Part shown: in pieces, positions 1 through 11,255 of the stretch
How positions within the stretch are numbered: the stretch's first letter is position 1
Layout of the letters: the number at the start of each line of letters is the position of its first letter
NCBI GenBank assembly: GCA_963767005.1
Contig: CAVYCN010000004.1
Location: 509,479-573,478, forward strand
Direction of reading: 5' to 3'
DNA length: 64,000 nucleotides
From: an uncultured Actinomycetes bacterium
GTDB lineage: Bacteria; Actinomycetota; Thermoleophilia; UBA2241
Translations under genes and position numbers: made by a program
The notes under the pieces: model-generated
What the model was told of the DNA's origin: nothing
Seen by the model: the letters and a program-made list of their open reading frames with translations, nothing else
Databases searched by the model: none

Positions 1-100
1 CAGCCGCAGCTTGCCGACGGTCCCGACAAGACCGCGTGAGGGCGCCGACACGGGTGACGCGGATCGGCCCCTTGTGCGACCTCCACGGGCCGTGGAGACG

Positions 101-826
101 TCAGTGCCCGGCGGCTTGGCCGCCGTCGATATGCAAGCTCTCGCCGGTGACGAACGTCGCCCGTTCGAGGTACATGATCCCGTCGACGACATCGCCGATC
201 TCGCCCATCCTGCCCAGGGGGTGCACGGCGGCCAGGCTCCTGTACGAGGCGGGGTCGGCGTGCATCTGCGTCCTGATCACTCCGAGGGATACGGCGTTCA
301 CCCTCACGCCGTGCGCGGCGTATTCGATGGCGAGCGAGCGGGTGACGGCGTCGAGCCCGCCTTTGGTCAACGATGCGAGAGCGGCGGGGTCGGCGCTCCT
401 GGCGTGATCGACGAGGCTGGTCGTGACATTGACGATGTGTCCGTGCCGCTGGTCGACCATCTGTCGTATGACGCGCTGCGTGATATGGAAGAACCCGGTC
501 AGATTGACGGCGATCATCGCGGCATAGTCGTCCTGGGTGTACTCGGTGAACGGCTTGCCGATGAAGATCCCGGCGTTGTTCACCAGGGTGTCGATCCGTC
601 CGAACCGATCGAGAGCCAGCCCGACCACCCGCTGCGCGGTCTCGGCATCAGCGATGTCCCCCGAGACCGTAAGCAGGTCGTGATCGTCGGGGCTGGGCAT
701 CGAGCGCGCCGTGCCGACCACCGCATAGCCGGCTGCGCGGAACGCGGCCGCGACGCCGGCCCCGATCCCCTGCGAAGCGCCGGTGACGATCGCGACGCCC
801 GGCGACCTGGTGCGCTGCTCGGTCAA
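101..826 (-). CDS. SDR family NAD(P)-dependent oxidoreductase
   Basis: TGASQGIG Rossmann motif, NNAG, C-terminal FVTGESLHIDGG; the catalytic YxxxK appears as ASLTK. Confidence 0.9.
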   Translation of the reverse strand: MTEQRTRSPGVAIVTGASQGIGAGVAAAFRAAGYAVVGTARSMPSPDDHDLLTVSGDIADAETAQRVVGLALDRFGRIDTLVNNAGIFIGKPFTEYTQDDYAAMIAVNLTGFFHITQRVIRQMVDQRHGHIVNVTTSLVDHARSADPAALASLTKGGLDAVTRSLAIEYAAHGVRVNAVSLGVIRTQMHADPASYRSLAAVHPLGRMGEIGDVVDGIMYLERATFVTGESLHIDGGQAAGH

Positions 827-857
827 TCGAGCCGGATGCCTGGTCGGAAGGCAGGCA

Positions 858-1469
858 TCAGGCCGCCCTCTTCGCCCCGGGCTCGGTCTGGGGGCTTGCG
901 GCCTGCTTGTCCCAGCCGTGGAAGCGCGAGCGGTCGCCCGCCTCCCAGGCCTTGCGCAGCCCCGAGGTGCTCAAGTCCCAGTCGGGGCGGACCTCGCGGG
1001 TGACGGCCCGCAGGTCGCGGCGGAGGTCCTCGACCGAGGGGCGTCCCCAGAACCAGTAGCCGTTGTAGACGCTGGAGATGACGAGCCCGGGCTTGAGCAC
1101 GAGCGTGTGCGGGATCATCGGGTCGTGCTCGGGGTCGGTGTACTCCTGGATGTCGAGGTCCTTCTGCACGATGCGCCCGGGGTCGGAGAGGAAGGGCCAC
1201 TGGGCGCCGACCGAAGCGCGGAACTCCTGCAGGGTGTGGTGGTCGTCGGTCGCGATCGTGACGATCCGCGTGTACGCCACGGCGATCTGCGGATAGAAGG
1301 CGGCAAGTTGCAGGTGCTGCTGGTGCTCCTTCGGGCAGAAGTGACCGCGCGCGAGTGTGAGGATCAAGGGATCGTCGCCCTGCAGCTCGCTGAGCTTGCG
1401 GGGGACGTTCTCGTGATCGGGCAGCTCGTAGTCGGGGAACGTGCCGCCGGGTGCGATATCGGAGCGCAT
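858..1469 (-). CDS. Redoxin/AhpC-TSA-like thioredoxin-fold protein
   Basis: FPDYELPD...RGHFCPKE and WPFLSDP motifs; AGG-type RBS upstream. Confidence 0.75.
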   Translation of the reverse strand: MRSDIAPGGTFPDYELPDHENVPRKLSELQGDDPLILTLARGHFCPKEHQQHLQLAAFYPQIAVAYTRIVTIATDDHHTLQEFRASVGAQWPFLSDPGRIVQKDLDIQEYTDPEHDPMIPHTLVLKPGLVISSVYNGYWFWGRPSVEDLRRDLRAVTREVRPDWDLSTSGLRKAWEAGDRSRFHGWDKQAASPQTEPGAKRAA

Positions 1470-1483
1470 GGGAGGACCGCCTT

Positions 1484-1573
1484 TCAGGTTGCGGCGCGGG
1501 CTACGACGAACTGCTGGCCGCCTTCCAGGTCAATGGCCGCGCCTGTGAGCGCCGTGCTGGGCATGATGTGCAC
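1484..1573 (-). pseudogene. C-terminal remnant of an SDR gene
   Basis: Minus frame reads [23 protein letters not shown]..stop, resembling SDR C-termini; no N-terminal part present. Confidence 0.5.
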
Positions 1574-2945
1574 CGGCGGCCATCGGCGGCCGCGCGCCAA
1601 GCGCCGCCCCCGATGCCGCCCCAATCGCGCGACGGAGCGCCTTCAACGCCTCGACGTAGATCTCCGAGAAGGTCGGGAACGGCTGGATCGTGTCGGCCAG
1701 GACGGTGAGCGGGACGTGGGCGCGGATCGCCAGCGTGGCCTGTTGCAGCCACTCACCTGCCTCGGGGCCGAGGGCGTAGGCGCCGGTCAGTCGGTCGCCG
1801 TCGCTGAGGAGCGTCAGAAAGCCGTTCTCGTTCGCGTAGGCGTGCGTGTACGTGGCCGTCTTGGCGAGCTCCGACACAGGGACGGTGGCGCTGAAGCGGC
1901 CGGCGGTCGCGCCCACAGCAGCGGCCTGCGGGTCGGTGTAGACCACGCGCGGCACCGCCTCGTAGTTGGCCTTGCGCGGCTCGCCGAGGATGTTGGCGGC
2001 GACCACCTCGCCCTCGTACTTGCCGACGTGGGTCAGCGGCCAGATGCCGGTGACGTCGCCGATCGCCCACAGCTTCTCTGCCGCCCGCAGGTGCTCGTCG
2101 ACCGGGACCCCATGCGGGTCGGGCTCGACGCCGACGGTCTCGAGGCCGAGATCGCGCACCCGCGGACGCCGGCCCGTGGCGACGAGCAGCCGGTCGCCGC
2201 GCAGCTCGCGCCCGTCGTCGAGCGCGAGGACGTACTCCCCGCCCGCGCGCCGCGCGGCGGCCGCGCTGGCCGACAGGACCAGCTCGACGCTCTCGCGGCG
2301 GAGGGCCTCGCCGAGTGCCTCGCCCAGCGGCGCCGGCTCCCGGGCGAGCACGTGCGTGCCCCTGTCGACGACGACCGCCTCGCCGCCGAACCGGCGCACG
2401 ACCTGGGCCATCTCCGCTCCGACCGGCCCGCCGCCGAGGATGAGGAGGCGCTGCGGCACGGCCTTCATCGAGGTCGCCTCGCGGCTCGTCCAGACACCGT
2501 CGAGCTCGCGCAGGCCCGGCACCTGCGGCATCACGGGATCGGCGCCGTTGGCGAGGACCACGTGGTCGGCGGTGTGGCGCACGCCGTCGACCTCGACGAC
2601 GCCCGGACCGGCGAGCCGGCCGTTGCCGCGCAGCAGGTCGATGCCATGGTCGGCCAGCCAGCGCTCCTGGCCGGCGTCGGACCAGTCGGAGACCATGAAG
2701 TCGCGCCAGGCGAGCGCGGCCGCGACGTCGACCTCGGCGCTGGCCGCGGCGTCGCGCGCCCCCTGGACGGCCTCGCCCGGACGCAGCAGCGTCTTCGACG
2801 GGATGCAGGCCCAGTACGAGCACTCGCCACCCACGAGCTCGCGTTCCACGACGGCCACGTGCAGGCCACCCTCCGCCAGAGCACCGGCGCAATGCTCGCC
2901 CGGCGAGCCGGCGCCGAGCACGATCACGTCGTAGTCGCTGCTCAT
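1530..2945 (-). CDS. Pyridine nucleotide-disulfide oxidoreductase (Lpd/MerA-like)
   Basis: [23 protein letters not shown] redox disulfide, GGGPVG, WAIGD; AAGGAGG RBS before ATG at 2945. Confidence 0.9.
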   Translation of the reverse strand: MSSDYDVIVLGAGSPGEHCAGALAEGGLHVAVVERELVGGECSYWACIPSKTLLRPGEAVQGARDAAASAEVDVAAALAWRDFMVSDWSDAGQERWLADHGIDLLRGNGRLAGPGVVEVDGVRHTADHVVLANGADPVMPQVPGLRELDGVWTSREATSMKAVPQRLLILGGGPVGAEMAQVVRRFGGEAVVVDRGTHVLAREPAPLGEALGEALRRESVELVLSASAAAARRAGGEYVLALDDGRELRGDRLLVATGRRPRVRDLGLETVGVEPDPHGVPVDEHLRAAEKLWAIGDVTGIWPLTHVGKYEGEVVAANILGEPRKANYEAVPRVVYTDPQAAAVGATAGRFSATVPVSELAKTATYTHAYANENGFLTLLSDGDRLTGAYALGPEAGEWLQQATLAIRAHVPLTVLADTIQPFPTFSEIYVEALKALRRAIGAASGAALGARPPMAAGAHHAQHGAHRRGH

Positions 2946-3189
2946 GCCGACCTCCTTCGGTGCTCCTCTGCGGGCTCCGGCCCGAGCATCATCGACCCGC
3001 GTCTGCCGCGCTGCTCGCACTACCCATGACCAGCTACCTTGCCAGTTTCTCGCTGCAAATAACCGCAGTCTCGGGGAAGCTCGCGACCGCGACGTGAGTG
3101 ACGTGCGACCCCTTGCCACTGCAGTGTCGCCCGCGCCGCCGCCGGGTAGCCTACGAGGGCACACATCGTCGCGCGGCAAAGGAGTCGTC

Positions 3190-3666
3190 GTGCCAAACCC
3201 TGTCGAGCACGTCGCGATACCGGAGCAGACGATCGCCTACCTTGGGGTACACGGCTCGGTGAGAGAGACGCGGGAGCCGTTTGCGCGATTGTTCGCCGCG
3301 CTCGCCGCGGCCGGCGTGTCGCCGGCCGGCCCGCCGATGGTGCGTTTCGACCTGGACCTCTCCGACCCCGACGACGCCGACTACGAGGTGGCCGTACCGA
3401 TTGCCCTCGGTCCCAACGGAACGCTGCCCGACAACCCCGACGACGTGCGCTGCGGCACCGTGCCGGCCCATTACGCCCTCGTGACCACTCACAGAGGTCC
3501 CTACGAAGAGATCGGCGCGGGCTACGTGGCGCTCACCGAGGAGCTCGACTCCCTGGGCCACGCAGTCGCCGGTCCGGCCAGCGAGGTCTACCTGGTCGGT
3601 AGCGACAGCGGCGCGGCGCCGGCCGATCTCGTCACGGAAGTGCGGCTGCCGGTCGACGCCGGCTAG
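3190..3666 (+). CDS. GyrI-like small-molecule-binding protein
   Basis: [12 protein letters not shown] and EVYL...LVTEVRLPV motifs; AAGGAG before GTG. Confidence 0.8.
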   Translation: MPNPVEHVAIPEQTIAYLGVHGSVRETREPFARLFAALAAAGVSPAGPPMVRFDLDLSDPDDADYEVAVPIALGPNGTLPDNPDDVRCGTVPAHYALVTTHRGPYEEIGAGYVALTEELDSLGHAVAGPASEVYLVGSDSGAAPADLVTEVRLPVDAG

Positions 3667-3960
3667 GGGTTGCTGGTCGAGCGGGGTGAGATGCTCCTGC
3701 CGCTCGCCCCGTCGCAGGCTGACGGCAAGTACGTCGGAGCACCCGAAGCGCGAGGTGTGCCGGCGGCTCCGCTTATCGCCACGCTCTTAACACGGTCGTA
3801 AAGAAGCGGCCGAAACAACGCGCCCGCGACGGCGTCCAACGCCGTGCAGAGAAGCTCCTGCGACGACGGCTCCGACGCCCACTCGGGAGTGCGAGGTGAA
3901 CAGGTCTTCTGCAGGCGTGGCGCTCGTCGTGTGCCGACGGGCGGGCGTGCCACCACTCCT

Positions 3961-5592
3961 ATGACGGCACCCGGCGCCCGCGGCCGGCGCCCCCTGCTTG
4001 TCGCTCTCACCCTCGCTGTCGCCCTCGCCCTGGGCTGCTCGCTGCGCATCGACACCATCGAGCACAAGCACGGCTTGCACGTCGACGAGGCGTGGGATTA
4101 CGTCACGGCGACCGGCCATCTGCGGGCCTTTCAGACCGGCGTCGGTGAACCTCGCGGCCACTGGACGACAGCCGCCACCTGGCAGGCGCTCTGGCACCCA
4201 CAGGCTGTCTGGGACTTTCGTCAGATCTCGCTCGACCTCGCCCGCTTCGACGTGCACCCGGCGCTCTACTTCTGGCTGCTGCACGTCTGGGTGCTGCTGT
4301 TCGGCGTGACGTTCTGGTCGGGGCCGTTGCTCAATATCCTTGTGGATGTCGCCACCGGGACGGCGCTGTTCTTTCTGGCCCGACGCCTGCTGCGCGACCC
4401 GCTGGCGGCCGCGCTGGTCGTGCTGTGGTGGTCTGTGAGTCCGCCCGTGCGGCTCACCTCGTCCATCGCGCGCATGTATCCGCTGCTCGCCCTCTTTGCC
4501 GTGCTCTTTGTCTGGGTGCTGCTCGTGGCGATCGACTGCCGCGCCGCGGCTCGGCGGCCCATGCTCACCCTTATTGCGCTGGCGCTGGCCACCGCCGGCG
4601 GCCTGCTCACGCAGTACCAGTTCGCGCTCATCGTGATCGGCGGCGCGCTGCTCGCCGTGGTCGCGCTGGCTCGTGGCGCAGGACGTCGCTGTCTGCAGGT
4701 CCTGGGCGCCCTCGCGGCTGGCGTGCTCATCACGCTCGCGGTCCAGCCCGGGGTGTACGGCCAGTTCCGTCGCGAGCAGGTCAAGGCTCGGGCGCAGTAT
4801 GTCTCGCTGGGCGCGTTCGTCACCAAGGTCGACGGTGCAGCCAGTAGCTTCTTCAGCTTCTTCGGGCTGGCCAGGCCCTGGTTTGGCCGGGCGGTCGGCG
4901 GCCTGGTCAGCATCGACGGCCTCATGCCGGGGCGCCGTCTCAGCGTCTATGCTCTGCTGGCCTTCTGGCTCGTCCTTGCCGCTCTCATCGTCGCCGTCAT
5001 CGCCCTCTTGGTGCCGGCCCTCAGGCGCTGGTTCTGGCACCGCGACAGGACGGGCTGGCTCGCTCTGGTCCTGCTGGCCTGGGTCGCGGGTACGATCATC
5101 GCGCAGAACTTCGCCTTCTTGAGCGAGCCCAGGGTGCTGACCCCCCGCTACCTGGCCGTGGCCTTTCCCTTTCTCGCCTTCGTCCCGTTCCTGGTCGCCC
5201 GTTTTGTGACGCCGCGCTACGCCCATGCCGTGGTCGCCGCCTACTGCCTGGCCGTGGTCGCGGCCCTCACCTGGGGGCCCACCAACTACGCGCCCGGGCT
5301 GGGCACCTTCAAGGACCTGCGCTCCGCCCGTCGCGTCATGGTCGACACGGTCAGCCCCTACGAGCTGCCCTCCATCCTCTGGGACGTGCCGGCAGGCGCG
5401 CAGGTCGACATCGGCCCTCCGGGTGGACTGCGCAACGACCCGGTGCCCTGGCTCGGTGTGCTCGGGCCGGGCGACTTCTACGTGCACTGGGCCAACGGAA
5501 AGCCAGGCCCGCTGTCACTGCTGCTGGCTCGCCACAAGCTCGTCGCGCTCGGCAGGTCGCAGCGCAAGATCGTGGTCTTTCGCTTGAAGTAG
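3961..5592 (+). CDS. Multi-TM GT-C fold (PMT/ArnT-like) glycosyltransferase
   Basis: N-terminal TM followed by HVDE, DVHPALYF, ARMY and PRYL motifs, many TM segments. Confidence 0.7.
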   Translation: MTAPGARGRRPLLVALTLAVALALGCSLRIDTIEHKHGLHVDEAWDYVTATGHLRAFQTGVGEPRGHWTTAATWQALWHPQAVWDFRQISLDLARFDVHPALYFWLLHVWVLLFGVTFWSGPLLNILVDVATGTALFFLARRLLRDPLAAALVVLWWSVSPPVRLTSSIARMYPLLALFAVLFVWVLLVAIDCRAAARRPMLTLIALALATAGGLLTQYQFALIVIGGALLAVVALARGAGRRCLQVLGALAAGVLITLAVQPGVYGQFRREQVKARAQYVSLGAFVTKVDGAASSFFSFFGLARPWFGRAVGGLVSIDGLMPGRRLSVYALLAFWLVLAALIVAVIALLVPALRRWFWHRDRTGWLALVLLAWVAGTIIAQNFAFLSEPRVLTPRYLAVAFPFLAFVPFLVARFVTPRYAHAVVAAYCLAVVAALTWGPTNYAPGLGTFKDLRSARRVMVDTVSPYELPSILWDVPAGAQVDIGPPGGLRNDPVPWLGVLGPGDFYVHWANGKPGPLSLLLARHKLVALGRSQRKIVVFRLK

Positions 5593-5691
5593 GCGCAGAG
5601 GCGGCCGGGCACGGCCACGCGTCACGCGCCGCAGCCGCGCCACGAGCACGACCGCGGCGCCCGCGGCCCGACAGCGCACCGACGCCGGGTA

Positions 5692-6273
5692 TCAGCCGGA
5701 GCGGAGGGCCGCGAGCACCTCGGTGCTCGTCGAGACGCGCCCGATCCGCGGGAAGATCCGCGTCAGGGCGAACTCGTGATCGGCCGCACCGCGTGCGCTC
5801 ATCGCGTCCTCGGCGAAGACGAGCGCATAACCGCGCTCGTAGGCGTCGCGGGCCGTGGACTCCACGCCGTAGTTGGTCGAGATGCCGGCCAGCACGATGG
5901 TGGCGATGCCGCGCCGGCGCAGCTGCAGGTCGAGGTCGGTGCCGTAGAAGGCGCCCCACTGTCGCTTGGCCACGACGAGGTCGCCCTCTTTGGGCCCGAG
6001 CTCGGGCACGATCTCGGCGAAGTCGGGCGAGGCCGGGCGGGGCGGCGCCGGCTCGTCGACCGGCACCCGAAGGCGATCACCGCCATCGGGTCGCAGGGCG
6101 ACGTGGACGAGGACGACCGGGGCATGTGCGACGCGGAACGCATCGGCCAGCCGGGCCGCGGCGGCGATCACGTCAGCGGTCGAGTGAGGCGCGGCGGGGA
6201 AAGCGGTGATCCCGCGCTGCAGGTCGATCAGTACGAGTGCGGTGTCGTTCGGCTCGAGACGCGAGATCGGCAT
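5692..6273 (-). CDS. Isochorismatase-family cysteine hydrolase
   Basis: ALVLIDLQ, KRQWGAFYGTDLD, GISTNYGVESTARDA. Confidence 0.9.
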   Translation of the reverse strand: MPISRLEPNDTALVLIDLQRGITAFPAAPHSTADVIAAAARLADAFRVAHAPVVLVHVALRPDGGDRLRVPVDEPAPPRPASPDFAEIVPELGPKEGDLVVAKRQWGAFYGTDLDLQLRRRGIATIVLAGISTNYGVESTARDAYERGYALVFAEDAMSARGAADHEFALTRIFPRIGRVSTSTEVLAALRSG

Positions 6274-6296
6274 GGGCTCTCCCTTCGGTCGACTCC

Positions 6297-8054
6297 TCAT
6301 GGCTTCAGCGCCCGGCGCCGCGTCGGGCGGACGCTGAAGCCCGGGCTCTGCGTGTCGGCCACAGCTCCACGATGCACGGGCTCGGGCTCACGGACGTAGC
6401 GCCCGCCACGGCTCCACGACGCCGCGGCCGCGACGAGGCAGGCGCCGATCGCGAAGTCGAAGGCGGCGTGCAGGCCCGACGAGAACGGGGGCGCGATGAG
6501 GTGGGGGAAGAAGCGTCGGCCGGTGAGCGTCGCGGCCTGCGCGGGCGAGACGTGAGCGAGCGTCGCGGCGCCGAGCAGATGCTGCATCGGGTTGTAGCCC
6601 AGGAAGGCGGCAAAGAGGGTTGAGACCGGCGGCAGATCGGCGACGCGAGTCGCGACGGCCGCCGGCACTCCCTGCCGCACCAGGCCTTGGAACAGGCTCG
6701 TCGGCAGGGCCGAGGCAAGGCCGATGATCATGAGGCTGAAGAAGACGCCGACCGACAGCACCTGGGCCGAGTTCTGGAACGTCTGGTTCATGCCGCCGCC
6801 CGCGCCGCGGTGCTCGGCCGGCAGGCTGTTCATGACGCCGGCCCGGTTCGGCGAGGCAAAGCAGCCCATGGCGAGGCCGGCGAGCAGCAGGATCGCGGCG
6901 AACGCCCAGTAGGAGAAGTCGATGGGCAGGGCTTCGAGGAGCGCGAAGGCAGCCGCCATGGCGAGCATCCCGCCGGTCGCGAAGGGCCGCGCTCCGAAGC
7001 GGTCCGAGAGCACGCCCGACAGCGGCCCGGCGACGAGGATGCCGGCCGTCAGCGGCAGCATGTAGATGCCGGCCCACAGCGGCGTGCGCTCGAAGCTGTA
7101 GCCGTGCTGCGGCAGCCAGATCCCCTGCAGCCAGATGACGAGGATGAACATGAGCCCGCCGCGGCCCACAGCGGCAAGAAAGCTCGACAGCACGCCGGCG
7201 GTGAAGGCGCGGATGCGAAAGAGGGGCAGGCGGAACATGGGCGCCGCCACCTTGCTCTCGATGACGGCGAAGAGCATCAGGAGCGCCACCCCGGCGCTGA
7301 GCTCGGCGATGACGGCCGGGCTGGTCCAGCCCATGGCATGGCCGCCGTAGGGCTCGATGCCGTACGTGATGCCGACCATGACCGCGACCAGGCCGGCGGC
7401 GAAGGTGAGGTTGCCGGCCCAGTCGTTGGGGGCGCGGTGGCGCACGCCGCGCTCCTGCAGGCGCAGGTAGGCCCAGACGGTGCCGAACAGCCCGACGGGC
7501 ACCGAGATCAGAAAGATCAGGCGCCAGTCGATCGGTCCGAGGATGCCGCCCAGCACGAGACCGATGAACATGCCGGCGATGCCGGCCGCCTGGTTGATGC
7601 CCAGGGCCATGCCGCGCTGGTCGGGCGGGAAGGCGTCGGTCAGGATGGCCGCGGAGTTGGCCAGCAGGAAGGCCGCGCCGACGCCCTGGAAGACGCGCAT
7701 GACGACGAGCCAGGTAGCCCCTGCGCTGCCGTGCATCCAGGTGACGGTGAGCAGCAGCGAGAAGAAGGTGTAGAGAGCGAAGCCGAGGTTGTACATGCGC
7801 ACGCGACCGAAGATGTCGCCGAGGCGGCCGAGGCTCACGACCAGCACGGCGGTCACCACCTGGAAGCTGAGGATCAGCCACAGCAGATAGAAGCTGTTGC
7901 CCGGCTGCAGCGGGTCGAGGCGGATGCCGCGAAAGACGTCGGGCAAGGCGATCAGCATGATCGAGATGTCGATGGTCGACATGAGCATGCCGAGGGTGGT
8001 GTTGGAGAGGGCGACCCACTTGTAGCGGTCGCCGTGTTGCGAAGAAGGGCTCAC
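6297..8054 (-). CDS. MFS transporter, DHA2 (EmrB-like) family
   Basis: GRLGDIFGR motif A, about 14 TM segments. Confidence 0.9.
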   Translation of the reverse strand: MSPSSQHGDRYKWVALSNTTLGMLMSTIDISIMLIALPDVFRGIRLDPLQPGNSFYLLWLILSFQVVTAVLVVSLGRLGDIFGRVRMYNLGFALYTFFSLLLTVTWMHGSAGATWLVVMRVFQGVGAAFLLANSAAILTDAFPPDQRGMALGINQAAGIAGMFIGLVLGGILGPIDWRLIFLISVPVGLFGTVWAYLRLQERGVRHRAPNDWAGNLTFAAGLVAVMVGITYGIEPYGGHAMGWTSPAVIAELSAGVALLMLFAVIESKVAAPMFRLPLFRIRAFTAGVLSSFLAAVGRGGLMFILVIWLQGIWLPQHGYSFERTPLWAGIYMLPLTAGILVAGPLSGVLSDRFGARPFATGGMLAMAAAFALLEALPIDFSYWAFAAILLLAGLAMGCFASPNRAGVMNSLPAEHRGAGGGMNQTFQNSAQVLSVGVFFSLMIIGLASALPTSLFQGLVRQGVPAAVATRVADLPPVSTLFAAFLGYNPMQHLLGAATLAHVSPAQAATLTGRRFFPHLIAPPFSSGLHAAFDFAIGACLVAAAASWSRGGRYVREPEPVHRGAVADTQSPGFSVRPTRRRALKP

Positions 8055-8187
8055 GACAAGGGCCTACAATGCCGAGGAACGCGTCGCTCCCAACGTACCA
8101 CAGGTCCCCGTCGCTCTGGTGAGGGGGGACTCGAGACACCTGCCCGCGGTTCGCGCCCCTGTCTGCCTGCAGGGCCGGCGTCGCTTC

Positions 8188-8451
8188 TCAGCCGGAGCCG
8201 GCGGCCCCCCACTGCTCGAGCTCCTCTTTGCCCCAGGGAGTCGGCGTCCACGGCGATTCCGGCAGGCCGGTGGTCTCGGTCAGAAGGATCGTACGTTCAC
8301 TTGCCGGCTCCACCTTCAGCCCGTAGGGGCCGTGCCAGAGAAAGCGCGTGCCGTCCGCGGCGATGCAGGTCGCCTCGAAGCCGATGCCCAGCACGTCGGT
8401 CAGCGTGTATGTCGTCTGATGGCCCACCCCGGCTGCTCCGATGTCCGCCAT
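8188..8451 (-). CDS. Small hypothetical protein
   Basis: Protein-like composition and codon usage; start uncertain. Confidence 0.35.
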   Translation of the reverse strand: MADIGAAGVGHQTTYTLTDVLGIGFEATCIAADGTRFLWHGPYGLKVEPASERTILLTETTGLPESPWTPTPWGKEELEQWGAAGSG

Positions 8452-8582
8452 GCATGCCACTAGGAGTGTTCGGCAGCCCGGCGCGCCGTTGTGATGGGCA
8501 ATGCTCCTCATTTGGACTGGGCAGTTGACGTTCAGTCACCAGACGCCCGTCGGCTGCAGCTAAGTCCAACAGGCCAGCGCCA

Positions 8583-10110
8583 TCACGACACACTCCCCAC
8601 GTGTGACAGCACCCTCTCCAGGGCCTCGACCACGAGCGGGTCGAACCGGCCGCCGGCACAGCGTCGCATCTCTTCGAGGGCCGATTCTTGCGATTGCTCG
8701 AGGCGATACGGTCTGCGGTTCACGAGCGCCTGGAAGGTCGCGGCGACTGCCGCGATGCGGGCCCCCAAAGGGATCTCCTCCCCCTTCAGGCGCGACGGAT
8801 AACCGGCTCCGTCGAACCGTTCGTGGTGATGAGCAACAGCGTCGGCCACTGACACCGACGATGTCGCCGTTGCGCCGTCGGATCGGCGCCATCGCGCTGT
8901 TCCACACGCCGAACTCGTCGGCCGCGATGACGCAGAGGTCGGGGCGCTCGCCGGCCAGAGTGTGGGCGATCTCCTCGTCGTTGACGATGTCGTCGCCGAG
9001 ATGTGAGCGATAGCCTTCATCCGTTTCTGTGTCGCACACGAAGACGTAGCGCCCGTCGCGCTCGGCCATCGTCGTGATGAACCGCACATCGGGATTGGCG
9101 CTCAGCACGGCACGCAAGCCGGCGACGATGCGGCGATACGCACTGTCGCCCTCCGCACCCTTCTCGGCCAGCTCGCGGTGCAGATCGCCGTCGATCTGCG
9201 CGGCGGCCAGCTCGGCGATGGCCAGCGCGCGGGACCGCGTCGCTGCGATCCTGTCGAGGACCCGCAGAAAGGCATCGACCATGAGCGGATCGAACTGTGA
9301 GCCCTTGCAGCGCTCAAGCTCGTCTCTGCACTGCGAGTAGCTCAGGGCGCGGTGGTAGGGCCGCTCGAACGACATGGCATCGTAGGAGTCGACGACACAC
9401 ATCGCGCGGGCGATCGCCGGAATGTCCTCTCCAGCAAGCCCGTCCGGGTAGCCGCGTCCGTCGTGGCGCTCGTGATGGTGGCGCACCCCGAGCACGATAT
9501 CGTCGCCATACAGGGGCCGGACGATCTCTGCGCTCAGGACCGGATGCTGACGCATGAGCGCCCCCTCACGATCGTTGAGCTTGCCCGCCTTGGTGAGTAT
9601 CCGGTCGGAGATCGCGATCTTGCCGATATCGTGCAGATAGGCGGCCTCGCCGATAGAGCGGATGATCTCGTCGGGCCAGCCCAGCTCGCGGCAAAGCAGC
9701 ATGAGATAGGCCGCCACTCGTGCCGTGTGCCCCAGCGTGTAGTAGTCCTTGGCATTGAGCGCCGTGCAGAGAGTGCGCAGGTTGTTGGTGTGCACGTGCC
9801 TGATGTTCTCGTACTGGCGCGCGTTCTGAATGGCGATCGCCGCGAGGTTGGCAAAGAGCATCGCGGGCTCCACCTCGTCGGTGCCGAAGACCCGACCGCC
9901 CGTGCGATCGAGGGCCAGCACGCCGATGACGTCGTCGCCGAACGGTGAGCGGCGCAATGATCGACGCCTGGGGCTCCGGCTCGGTGCCGGCCACGAGCAC
10001 GCCGCGAGGGTCGGTCAGCATGTCGTTGACGAGCTGTGCCTCGTTGTGGCGTATGACCCAGCCGCTCACGCCCTCGTCGAGGCGAATGCTCCCGCGGCCG
10101 ATAGGGCGCG
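8583..10110 (-). pseudogene. Fragmented GAF + HD-GYP phosphodiesterase (two HD-GYP domains)
   Basis: GAF piece in one frame, frameshift near 9950, LHDIGK..HHERHDGRGYP domain, then a jump to a second HHERFDGAGYP C-terminal piece in another frame; no 5' end. Confidence 0.75.
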
Positions 10111-10122
10111 CCCCCAATCGCT

Positions 10123-10276
10123 CATGGATGAACGAACAAGCAGTGGTGACGGCCACGGCCTCGGCCTGTCGATCCTGCGCGCCATCGTAGACGTACACGG
10201 AGCAGTCGTGAACGCTGAACCCCAGCAGGAAGGGGGACTCAGGGTGGCGGTCGTCTTTCCGCCGCGCGCAACCTGA
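10123..10276 (+). pseudogene. C-terminal remnant of a sensor histidine kinase
   Basis: GHGLGLSILRAIVDVHGAVVNAEPQQEGGLRVAVVFP, very similar to the end of the kinase at 56400-57566. Confidence 0.75.
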
Positions 10277-10369
10277 CCGCTCTGCCGCTCAGGCGCTGCT
10301 TCGGTGCAACTGTGGCGCTGGTCTTGGCGATTGCCGCCTGAAGGTAGCTGCGCGCACGAGGTCGGGTGC

Positions 10370-10400
10370 TTGACTTTGCCCTTGGGGCAGGGGCCACAGT
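10370..10400 (+). promoter_or_regulatory. MerR-type promoter/operator
   Basis: TTGACT (10370-75), 19-bp spacer containing the dyad TGCCC-N3-GGGCA, CACAGT (10395-400), directly upstream of the MerR gene. Confidence 0.7.
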
Positions 10401-10421
10401 GCAAGCGGAGAACCGAGGAGG

Positions 10422-11255
10422 ATGTCTGTGGACCGGCTCAGTATCGGTGAGTTCAGCGCCCGCTCGCGACTTTCGCCCAAGGCCCTGCGCCTCTATCAGG
10501 AACTCGGTCTGCTCGAGCCGGCCGCAGTCGACCCCGACACCGGCTATCGCTCCTACGAGCTCGCCCAGCTCAAGCAGGCGCATCTCATCGCCCTGCTGCG
10601 CCGGATCGCCCTGCCCCTGGCCGAGATCAAGGCGATCCTCGCCCTCGATCCGGCGGCTGCGGCACACCGGATCGCGGCCTACTGGGAAGGCGTCGAGGCC
10701 GAGCACGACGCCCGTCGCGATCTCGCCGGCTACGTCGTCGATCTACTCCTGGGAAGGGAGCGTGTCATGTACGAGGTCGCTACGCGCACGTTGCCCGAGC
10801 GCAGCTTGCTCTGCCAGTTGCGCCACGTAGCAGACGAGCAGGAGACCTACGCCTTGGGCAAGGCGTTTCTCGCCATCTTCAAGGAGCGACCGCAGCCTCT
10901 CGTCGCGGGCACGCCCTTCCTCATCCTCATCTACCACGGCGAGGTGAGCCCCGACAGCGACGGGCCCGTGGAGTTCTGCCGTCCCGTGCCGGTCGAGCAA
11001 GCCGAGGAACTCGCCGCGCTCTATCCCGAGCTCACCCTGCGCAGCGAGCCGGCCCACGAGGAGGCCTTCGTCCATATCGGCGAAGCGCAGCTCAGCGGCG
11101 CGCAGTGGCAGCTCGTCTCGGCGAGCCTGCGCACCTGGAGCGCAGCCGAGCGACGGACGCCGAGTGACCTGGGTGTGCGGCTCACCTACCTCGCCGAGCC
11201 ACCAATCACCCCCGACAGCCGGCCCGAGATCGACTTCGCGGTGCCGCTGAGCTAG
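10422..11255 (+). CDS. MerR family regulator with GyrI-like C-terminal domain
   Basis: LSIGEFSARSRLSPKALRLY...VDPDTGYRSY HTH; GAGGAG RBS. Confidence 0.9.
   Translation: MSVDRLSIGEFSARSRLSPKALRLYQELGLLEPAAVDPDTGYRSYELAQLKQAHLIALLRRIALPLAEIKAILALDPAAAAHRIAAYWEGVEAEHDARRDLAGYVVDLLLGRERVMYEVATRTLPERSLLCQLRHVADEQETYALGKAFLAIFKERPQPLVAGTPFLILIYHGEVSPDSDGPVEFCRPVPVEQAEELAALYPELTLRSEPAHEEAFVHIGEAQLSGAQWQLVSASLRTWSAAERRTPSDLGVRLTYLAEPPITPDSRPEIDFAVPLS

Noticed and set aside
783-3029. Long antisense or alternate-frame ORFs (also 3787-5487, 6388-8139, 6687-8528, 53030-54370, 57132-58256)
   Set aside because: These are shadows of real genes caused by high GC3 and show no recognisable motifs.
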